In this document: positions 55,095 through 61,753 of the stretch, in pieces
How the letters are laid out: every line of letters starts with the position of its first letter
Numbering within the stretch: the first letter of the stretch is position 1
Source of the DNA: Candidatus Saccharimonadales bacterium
Lineage (GTDB): Bacteria > Patescibacteriota > Saccharimonadia > Saccharimonadales > 2-12-FULL-41-12
Direction: 5' to 3'
NCBI GenBank assembly: GCA_041600715.1
Contig: JBFIJM010000002.1
Location: 5,770-69,769 of the forward strand
DNA: 64,000 bases
Notes under the pieces: generated by a model
What the model was told of the DNA's origin: nothing
The model's database searches: none
What the model saw: only the letters and a program-made list of their open reading frames with translations
Made by a program: the position numbers and the translations under genes

Positions 55095-55112
55095 CCCCTA
55101 AAAACTAAACAG

Positions 55113-55328
55113 ATGGAAGAAACATTAGAGGATTTAAAGAGGGAGTATATGAAAGAAATATATATAGCAAATATTAAAATCCAAGCCCTCACCAAAGAGA
55201 ACGAAGAACTGAGGGAGGCAAGTAAGACGCTTTTAAGTTTATGCGACCTTGAGGACAATAGCGGTAGATTGGTTCATAAGGAGGCAGATAAAGAGATTTT
55301 AAGAAAACTTTTAACCCCTAAAAACTAA
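55113..55328 (+). CDS. KENEEL-motif mini-protein, paralogue 1
   Basis: 71 aa with ALTKENEELR and the C-terminus LLTPKN. Confidence 0.55.
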   Translation: MEETLEDLKREYMKEIYIANIKIQALTKENEELREASKTLLSLCDLEDNSGRLVHKEADKEILRKLLTPKN

Positions 55329-55332
55329 ACAG

Positions 55333-55587
55333 ATGGAAAGACCAAAAGACGAAGATTTTAGAAACAACGAAAGCGGAACAATCACATATTTATTTGCTCT
55401 TGAAAAATATTGTGATGCCCTAACCAAAGAGAACGAAGAGTTGAGGAAGGATAAGAAGAAAAACTCTGAACTTTGGTTGGAGGAAACAGAGCTAACCGAC
55501 CAACTAAAAGTAAGGGTTAAGGAGTTGGAGTGGGAGAACGATAAGCTAATAAAGATAACTAACAAACTTTTAACCCCTAAAAACTAA
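55333..55587 (+). CDS. KENEEL-motif mini-protein, paralogue 2
   Basis: 84 aa with ALTKENEELR and the C-terminus LLTPKN. Confidence 0.55.
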   Translation: MERPKDEDFRNNESGTITYLFALEKYCDALTKENEELRKDKKKNSELWLEETELTDQLKVRVKELEWENDKLIKITNKLLTPKN

Positions 55588-55591
55588 ACAG

Positions 55592-55843
55592 ATGACACCA
55601 GAAAGAATAGAAGAGATACAAAAAACAACATCCTACCCAAATAGTGTAAGCGTTCAACAAGCATTGTTAACCGTATGGAATGAATGTGAGCAACCCCTCG
55701 CCAAAGAGAACGAAGAGCTGAAAAACCCCTGCTGTTGCAATTGTGGCAGTCATAATGTTGTGTGGTACGCTTTACAACAAGAGTTTCAGTGTACCGATTG
55801 TGATAATGAATGGGAATTAGGTGACTTGAAAATTAACCCCTAA
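55592..55843 (+). CDS. KENEEL-motif mini-protein, paralogue 3 (with Cys4 zinc-ribbon)
   Basis: 83 aa with PLAKENEELK followed by CCCNCG...CTDC. Confidence 0.55.
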   Translation: MTPERIEEIQKTTSYPNSVSVQQALLTVWNECEQPLAKENEELKNPCCCNCGSHNVVWYALQQEFQCTDCDNEWELGDLKINP

Positions 55844-55853
55844 AAACTAAACA

Positions 55854-55964
55854 ATGATTGAGGTAATAATATTCTGGATCTCGCTTAATGCCTTTTTTAT
55901 AGGTATATTGTACTGTATTAAGTACAGGTGGGACAGACAGGAAGATAAAAAGAGGAGGGAGTAA
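55854..55964 (+). CDS. 36-aa membrane mini-protein (below cut-off)
   Basis: My translation is MIEVIIFWISLNAFFIGILYCIKYRWDRQEDKKRRE*. Its MIE- start resembles the 54872 gene, and it has TAATG overlap with the next gene. Confidence 0.4.
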   Translation: MIEVIIFWISLNAFFIGILYCIKYRWDRQEDKKRRE

Positions 55965-56395
55965 TGGACTTGTCCCTGGTCTCTACATACCACAACCTGT
56001 TTTACCTTGTCAAGAGGGAGAAGGAGCTGTTCGTTAAGGCTAATAACCTGAAGAAGTTCGACAGGGTGCAGTACCTACTGTGGATGAACTATATTATTGA
56101 GAGGAGAGGCCACTGCTATGATGCTGATATAGCCTATTTGAAGAAGACTAAGATCAATAAGCTCCCTATGTTAAGTGTTAGGAGGATGCTTTATGTTATG
56201 AAGGGAGAGAAGCTAGTAGATTATGTTAGGTCAGAGAAGCTGCACCCGGTTCTTAAGCGACGATATATTATCACCGAACAAGGGTATCGAATCCTAGACA
56301 ACTACACCTCCCTGTTTACTAAGGCCGAGAGAGACATAAGCTATTTATTGAAAAAAGTACACACCGATGCCGATAAGTTGATAGAAAAAGACTAA
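55964..56395 (+). CDS. winged-helix DNA-binding protein (PadR/MarR-like)
   Basis: 143 aa. RRMLYVMKGEKLVDYVRSEK...RRYIITEQGYRIL fits a wHTH wing pattern. Confidence 0.45.
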   Translation: MDLSLVSTYHNLFYLVKREKELFVKANNLKKFDRVQYLLWMNYIIERRGHCYDADIAYLKKTKINKLPMLSVRRMLYVMKGEKLVDYVRSEKLHPVLKRRYIITEQGYRILDNYTSLFTKAERDISYLLKKVHTDADKLIEKD

Positions 56396-56450
56396 ATTTG
56401 GAGACTTAGTAATGACTCTCTGCAACTTTGTTCATTATTATTTTAGGTTA

Positions 56451-56482
56451 AGGCTCCTGGGTATATCTCGGGAGCTTTTTTA
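56451..56482 (+). terminator. intrinsic terminator
   Basis: GCTCCTG (56453-59) pairs with CGGGAGC (56469-75), followed by TTTTTT. Confidence 0.6.
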
Positions 56483-56525
56483 TATTAAATAATTTCCTAT
56501 CCTTGGTGAAACAAAACAAACCACC

Positions 56526-56903
56526 ATGAAAGGAACAACATACGCAGCTACTACTGTTGCTAAAAATAAAAAGCCTAAGAAGAAGAGTTTCACCACAAAG
56601 ACCTCTAGAGGTAATATTAATGTCACATCCTCAAAAGACCCCGAATATAAACAGGGTAAAAAACATATAAAAGAGGATCAAAGACTAAGTGACGCATCAG
56701 GAAAGATACTAGAGTCTTATGCCAATAGAAACTCTTCCCCAAGAACAAGTATGTGGACAGGGAAAACAACCCAAGGGACATCTGTTCAAACAGCTAGAAA
56801 AAAGCTGGCTAAATCTGAGTTAGAAAGGAGAAAGAAAGTAAAAGAAGGGAATAGTGGAAAAAGAATATCCGGAAAAGAATCTGTCGGTGGAAACATGAGA
56901 TAA
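56526..56903 (+). CDS. basic Lys/Ser/Thr-rich protein
   Basis: 125-aa ORF between two terminators. Confidence 0.55.
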   Translation: MKGTTYAATTVAKNKKPKKKSFTTKTSRGNINVTSSKDPEYKQGKKHIKEDQRLSDASGKILESYANRNSSPRTSMWTGKTTQGTSVQTARKKLAKSELERRKKVKEGNSGKRISGKESVGGNMR

Positions 56904-56988
56904 TCATAACAACATAAGGATTTTTTTATATCTTTACCCCGAGCTTAATTTATTTTTCCATTTGTTAACTCAAGTCTTTTCCAACGAA

Positions 56989-57018
56989 CCCTCTGATTTT
57001 CAGGGGGTTTGCCTTTTT
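56989..57018 (+). terminator. intrinsic terminator
   Basis: CCCTCTG (56989-95) pairs with CAGGGGG (57001-07, one G-U pair), followed by TTTGCCTTTTT. Confidence 0.5.
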
Positions 57019-57108
57019 ATAGAAGTAAAACATTAAAAATTATTTAAGATTCTTGTAACATTAATTCGGATCCTGCGTTATAGTAAGTGAACCATAAAAT
57101 AATAAACC

Positions 57109-57573
57109 ATGAAAAAAGTTGCAGTAGTATTAGTAGGAATCTTATTAGCATTAACCACCCAGGCACAGTGCTTTGATAGATATTTTTCACCAAAAGAGTA
57201 TAAAGAAGTGTATGAGGAGCGATTTGATAAAGTAGGGTCAATACTATATCGGAAGTACTTAAGCACAAAGGGAGATACAGTCACCCTAAATTATGTTGAA
57301 GAGCACTCGTTCTCTGATAGGGAGTACTTCTTGAGGTATGAGGATGAGGCTATTGAGGTGTTTGGTCATTATTTCTTTAGTGAAGACTGTAGCTTCACAG
57401 TTGGAAAAGGGGACGATGAGTCTGAAATTTATGTTAGAACATACCACATGGAGGTTTCTGATGATTTTTTAGTGAGAGAGGTAATTGTAAAGTCAGATTA
57501 CGCAGACTTTCACAACCTACACAGCGTAACAATTAAAAAAATGGAAGGATACACCCATAGCTATATTTTCTAA
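57109..57573 (+). CDS. secreted/periplasmic protein with N-terminal signal peptide
   Basis: 154 aa. MKKVAVVLVGILLALTTQAQC is signal-peptide-like. The gene stands alone. Confidence 0.6.
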   Translation: MKKVAVVLVGILLALTTQAQCFDRYFSPKEYKEVYEERFDKVGSILYRKYLSTKGDTVTLNYVEEHSFSDREYFLRYEDEAIEVFGHYFFSEDCSFTVGKGDDESEIYVRTYHMEVSDDFLVREVIVKSDYADFHNLHSVTIKKMEGYTHSYIF

Positions 57574-57585
57574 TCAAAAAAGTTG

Positions 57586-57593
57586 TATATTTG
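57586..57593 (+). promoter_or_regulatory. candidate -7 box TATATTTG
   Basis: Exact TAnnTTTG in the 48-nt gap, 28 nt before the ATG at 57622. Confidence 0.25.
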
Positions 57594-57621
57594 TCAGTAT
57601 AAACTTTAAAAAGAAAAAACT

Positions 57622-57879
57622 ATGGCTTACGAAATGAGAGCTGCCGCTATTAACGCTGGCCCAGGCGACAAAAAAAAGAAGAAGAAAAGAGTTTCCGGAT
57701 ACAAAGAGAAATCTGGAGAAATTCACAAAACAAAAGAAGGTTTTTACAAGTCTAAAGCTGACAAAGAAAAAACTGACAGAAAGGTTTTTAAAACTGCTGA
57801 TGGAAAGATTCATTCTACTATGGCAGAGTACAATGCTCACAAGGCTAAACTTAGAAAGTCAGGGGAATACTACAAGTAG
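57622..57879 (+). CDS. small basic protein
   Basis: 85 aa, Lys-rich. Confidence 0.55.
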   Translation: MAYEMRAAAINAGPGDKKKKKKRVSGYKEKSGEIHKTKEGFYKSKADKEKTDRKVFKTADGKIHSTMAEYNAHKAKLRKSGEYYK

Positions 57880-57910
57880 ACCATTACTCACATAATCCAA
57901 GATCATTACT

Positions 57911-58591
57911 ATGATAGAAAGGATTCCGAAGAGTTATGTGTTGGTTGAGGTAGATTCCTTATTCCAAGACAAAATTCTTTTCCAAGACGGTAGAGAGCTA
58001 CACATAGACCCTACCTACGAACCAGAGAAACACCACCAAACTTCAGGCATAGTTCATACTGTGCCTGATTCTTTGCATTTTGACCTTAAGGACATGGAGT
58101 TCTCTATGGAGTACGATGTCCCTATTGAACTCAAAAAGGGAGACAAAGTATTCTTCCACTACCTACAGATCTCAGACGCTATAAAAAATAAGATGCTTCT
58201 TACCATAGAGGGTAAGCTGCATATCTTTGTTAGATACGACAGCTGCTTTTGTGCATTGAGAGAAGATGAGATGGTTATGCTTAATGGGTGGATGCTACTT
58301 GAACCTTTCGGTACTACCGAAGAACTGACCTCCAACGTAATTGACACTAAGCTACCCTTCCATAGGAGGAAACCACACCCCTTAAAAGGCGAAATAACCT
58401 CTATTGGAACCCCTGTAAAACAGTACTTATGGAACAAACATGAGTCAGATAAAAATATTAATGTATCTTTGGGTGACAAAGTTATGTTTCTACCCCACAG
58501 TGACATACCCCTAGAATACGGTTTACACCAGAAGTTAGATAAGGTTTACTACAGGGTACAACGTAAGGATTTATTAAACAAAATTTTATAA
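57911..58591 (+). CDS. possible tandem GroES-like (double Cpn10 fold) protein
   Basis: 226 aa with two halves that each follow a Cpn10-like order. First half: YVLVEV...SGIVHTVP...KKGDKVFFHY...IFVRYDSCFCAL. Second half: WMLLEP...KGEITSIGTP...SLGDKVMFLPH...YYRVQRKDLL. Confidence 0.35.
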   Translation: MIERIPKSYVLVEVDSLFQDKILFQDGRELHIDPTYEPEKHHQTSGIVHTVPDSLHFDLKDMEFSMEYDVPIELKKGDKVFFHYLQISDAIKNKMLLTIEGKLHIFVRYDSCFCALREDEMVMLNGWMLLEPFGTTEELTSNVIDTKLPFHRRKPHPLKGEITSIGTPVKQYLWNKHESDKNINVSLGDKVMFLPHSDIPLEYGLHQKLDKVYYRVQRKDLLNKIL

Positions 58592-58592
58592 A

Positions 58593-58943
58593 ATGAAAAA
58601 TTTTATCGTTTACTCGAAAAAAAACGAAGACAGCGTAAAGAAAGTCGCTAACTTCAAAGCACAACACCCTAAGACAGTATTCATTGATGTTGATGACAAA
58701 AAAGCTATAGCTGAGGCTGAAGCAGGTATTAATGTTGGAAACAGAGTTACTTACCTTGACGCTCCTAAAGCAGCTAAAAAACCAGTAGCTAAGAAGGCTG
58801 AAACCAAGAAGGCTCCTGCCAAGAAAGCTCCTGCTAAAAAGGCTCCTGCTAAAAAGGCTCCTGCTAAGAAGGTAGCTAAGAAAGCACCTGCTAAGAAGAA
58901 AGCCCCGGCTAAGAAGAAAACGACTACCAAAAAGAAGAAGTAG
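58593..58943 (+). CDS. histone H1-like / AKKAP-repeat DNA-binding protein
   Basis: 116 aa. The C-terminal half is KKAPAKKAPAKKAPAKKAPAKKVAKKAPAKKKAPAKKK. Confidence 0.6.
   Translation: MKNFIVYSKKNEDSVKKVANFKAQHPKTVFIDVDDKKAIAEAEAGINVGNRVTYLDAPKAAKKPVAKKAETKKAPAKKAPAKKAPAKKAPAKKVAKKAPAKKKAPAKKKTTTKKKK
58806..58915 (+). repeat. tandem 15-nt coding repeat (AAGGCTCCTGCTAAA, giving KAPAK)
   Basis: Four near-identical units are followed by degenerate ones. Confidence 0.7.
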
Positions 58944-58997
58944 TCTTAGTAACATCTGCTAAAGAGGACATCCTCTGTGAGCAGCAAAACAATTTAG

Positions 58998-59636
58998 ATG
59001 GCACACTTTAAAAGCCAAGACTTTAAAGACATCCTATATCCTGTCCACACCCTCAAGCGAGGGGTGGACATTTTTAGTGCCTTCCCCAAGCTCCAAGATT
59101 TTGAGGAGTTCAAAGTACCCCTGTCAGCATCCATACCAATACACAAGGTATTCAAGTATATCGTTTATGCCTACGACCAACGGTCTCCATTCTTTATTCA
59201 AATAGAAGACCTAAGGGAAAGGAAAATACTAGCCATGCAGGAGGCCGGGTTTGAACCTACACATAAAAAAGGGTTTAGTGATGCTGTTAGAATGATCCTG
59301 AACTGTGAACACAAGAAGGTTAACTCAATGATAATTCGGTATTGCAGGTTCCAAGGAAAGGACTTCACCAACCTAATATCATCACAGGAGGCTTTCTATC
59401 AGATCAACCTACAGCTGCTATCCAACATCCAGAGTGATGATGATGACGCTATTAAGTTCTCACAGGACAAGGCGAAGCTGGATGAATTAGCAACAAAACA
59501 CGCAGAGAGGCTAAATGAAAAGGCAAGGAAGTTCTTGTCCCAAGAAACAGCCGAAGGACTACACGAAGACCTATGGAAGTTAGCAGAGGACGAAGCAGCC
59601 AATATTAAGCTAACTCCTGAAGACTATGCCGATTAA
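58998..59636 (+). CDS. putative small terminase subunit (position only)
   Basis: 212-aa ORF overlapping the large terminase start by 11 nt. Confidence 0.3.
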   Translation: MAHFKSQDFKDILYPVHTLKRGVDIFSAFPKLQDFEEFKVPLSASIPIHKVFKYIVYAYDQRSPFFIQIEDLRERKILAMQEAGFEPTHKKGFSDAVRMILNCEHKKVNSMIIRYCRFQGKDFTNLISSQEAFYQINLQLLSNIQSDDDDAIKFSQDKAKLDELATKHAERLNEKARKFLSQETAEGLHEDLWKLAEDEAANIKLTPEDYAD

Positions 59637-61692
59637 ATACAAGAAGGCTGATAAGTCTATCATATTCAACGAAGATCCTGACCTAAAAGAGATAGAGGTT
59701 ATGCTACCGAAACCTCCCCCTGAAGAGGAAATTGTCGGATACGGCCTACCGCATAAGGAGCAGAAATTCAAAAGACCATTTGTACCTAGAAAACTTTTTG
59801 ACCTAGACAAGGATAAGAAGGTGTCCATGTTCGATAAAGCCACCATACTTAAAGACGACCATGAGTATTACAAAGAGGAAATAGAGTTCATCAATAAGGA
59901 ATGGGATAGAAGGATCAATGGTGTTTGGTACTACATAAACGGAAAGCCAACATACATACCTGGAGGATACTACTTCTACCTGACCGCATGGTACTTGGAA
60001 AGGGGATACCCCGACTACAGGGAGAGAGACAGGAAGTTCTTTATCTTCTCTGAGTTTGTTGAGAATGACTCATCATGTTTCGGTTTTATATACCCCAAGC
60101 ATCGTAGAGAGGGAGCTACAACTAAAGCTGCTTGCTGGAACTACGAATACATATCACGAAGAAGGAGAGTTAGAGGAGGTATACAGTCAATGACCGACAG
60201 CCATGCAGAGCTAGTGTTCCAGAAGCACGTTGTATCAGGTTGGAGGAAGCTTCCTTTTTGGTATAGACCTGTGTTTGAGGGGAGTACCAACCCAAAATCA
60301 GAACTTAGTTTAAATGCCCCGGCCCTAAGAATCACAAGATCCAATATGGGTACTGATGAAATGGAAGACCTACAGAGCACCCTTGACTTCATGTCTTCTA
60401 CCGAAGGAGCTTATGATGGGTCTAGGCTAGAGAGATACCATGGGGATGAGGTAGGGAAGACAAAATCTGTGAATGTATACAAGAGACACCTCGTTGTTCG
60501 CCAATGTCTCTCAGAGCTAGACAAGATTATTGGGAAAGCCATATACACCTCAACAGCAGGAGAGATGACCAAAGGTGGTGGAGAGCAGTTTAAGAAGCTG
60601 ATTGAAGCGTCTGACTATTACGACAGGGATGCCAACGGAAGAACTACATCAGGGCTATACGTACTATTCATTCCAGCTGACGAGGGTTTTATTGTTGATG
60701 AGTTCGGTAATTCCAAGAAGGATGAGTCAAGACAGTACTTGCTTAATGAGAGGAAGAAGGCATTAGAGGATGAGGATTTTGACAAGCTGAATGAGTCCAC
60801 CAGGCAGTTCCCCTTGAGATTAAGGGATTGCTTCAGGAACGCAAGTGATAGTGACAACTTCAACATGAAGGTTATACAGGATCAACTAGACAAGTTCCAA
60901 TTCGGTAATAATGAAGTAACGACAGGAGACTTTATTTGGGAGAATGGTATAAAGGATAGTAGGGTTATATTTGAACCGAGAGAGAACGGTAAGTTTAAGG
61001 TTTCATACCTATTCGAGAACCCACAGGAATCAAACAGGTCGTTAAACATAGAAGGAGTTAAGGTTCCTGCAAACGACAAGAAGTTTATAGCAGGAGGGGA
61101 TACATTCAAGTTTACTACCGTAAAAGGAGGAAAGAAGTCTGATGGGGGTGGAGCTGTGTTTATGAAGAGAGACCACTCCATTGATAAGGATGAAGACCCA
61201 ATAGAGGAATGGAAGACGCATAGGTTTGTATGTACCTACCTTCACAGGCCAAAGACTAAAGACGAGTACTGTGAGGATATGCTACTAATGTCTATTTACT
61301 ATGGATGTAAGATGTGTCCTGAGATTAACGTACCTGCAATTATGGATCACTTCAATAGAAGAGGATACCAAGGATACCTTCACTACGTACTAGATAAGAA
61401 GACAGGGAGGTACAAGAAGAACCCTGGGTATAACACCGGAACATCAGAACGAGAATCAATATTTCGGTCGTACCAAGCATTTATCGAGAAGCATGGACAT
61501 AGATGCGTACATGACGACCTACTAACCCAATTACTAGAAATAGGAGAAGATATGGGTGACTACGATTTATTTGTAGCAGGAGGAATGTGCTTAATAGGAA
61601 TGGAGGACGAAAACAGCTTCTACTATGGGGAAAATGAAAACGAACAAGATGGAGACCATATAGATAATTTTTTCCGCACAAGGACTTATTAA
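59626..61692 (+). CDS. terL: terminase large subunit
   Basis: 688 aa. The N-terminal ATPase-like region has PKHRREGATTK and HGDEVGK. The C-terminal RNaseH-like nuclease pattern has IAGGDTF, CPEINV and VHDDLL. Lies immediately upstream of the portal gene. Confidence 0.7.
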   Translation: MPIKYKKADKSIIFNEDPDLKEIEVMLPKPPPEEEIVGYGLPHKEQKFKRPFVPRKLFDLDKDKKVSMFDKATILKDDHEYYKEEIEFINKEWDRRINGVWYYINGKPTYIPGGYYFYLTAWYLERGYPDYRERDRKFFIFSEFVENDSSCFGFIYPKHRREGATTKAACWNYEYISRRRRVRGGIQSMTDSHAELVFQKHVVSGWRKLPFWYRPVFEGSTNPKSELSLNAPALRITRSNMGTDEMEDLQSTLDFMSSTEGAYDGSRLERYHGDEVGKTKSVNVYKRHLVVRQCLSELDKIIGKAIYTSTAGEMTKGGGEQFKKLIEASDYYDRDANGRTTSGLYVLFIPADEGFIVDEFGNSKKDESRQYLLNERKKALEDEDFDKLNESTRQFPLRLRDCFRNASDSDNFNMKVIQDQLDKFQFGNNEVTTGDFIWENGIKDSRVIFEPRENGKFKVSYLFENPQESNRSLNIEGVKVPANDKKFIAGGDTFKFTTVKGGKKSDGGGAVFMKRDHSIDKDEDPIEEWKTHRFVCTYLHRPKTKDEYCEDMLLMSIYYGCKMCPEINVPAIMDHFNRRGYQGYLHYVLDKKTGRYKKNPGYNTGTSERESIFRSYQAFIEKHGHRCVHDDLLTQLLEIGEDMGDYDLFVAGGMCLIGMEDENSFYYGENENEQDGDHIDNFFRTRTY

Positions 61693-61753
61693 TCAGCAAT
61701 CTAAAATCTAAACATATTTTTTTATACCTTTGGTAAAATATTAAATTCCGAGT

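Larger units (their letters stand above)
54851..55856 (+). repeat. six dispersed copies of the junction motif (T)TAACCCCTAAAAACTAAACAG-ATG
   Basis: Copies lie at 54853-69, 54966-86, 55089-115, 55309-35, 55567-94 and 55833-56. Each contains the stop of one mini-gene and the start of the next. Confidence 0.75.

Noticed and set aside
54851-55856. The repeat-spacer look of the six junction motifs suggested a CRISPR array.
   Set aside because: Spacing is irregular and too long (113-270 nt). The intervals are protein-coding with start and stop codons built into the repeat. The repeat has no palindromic CRISPR-like structure, and no cas genes are present.
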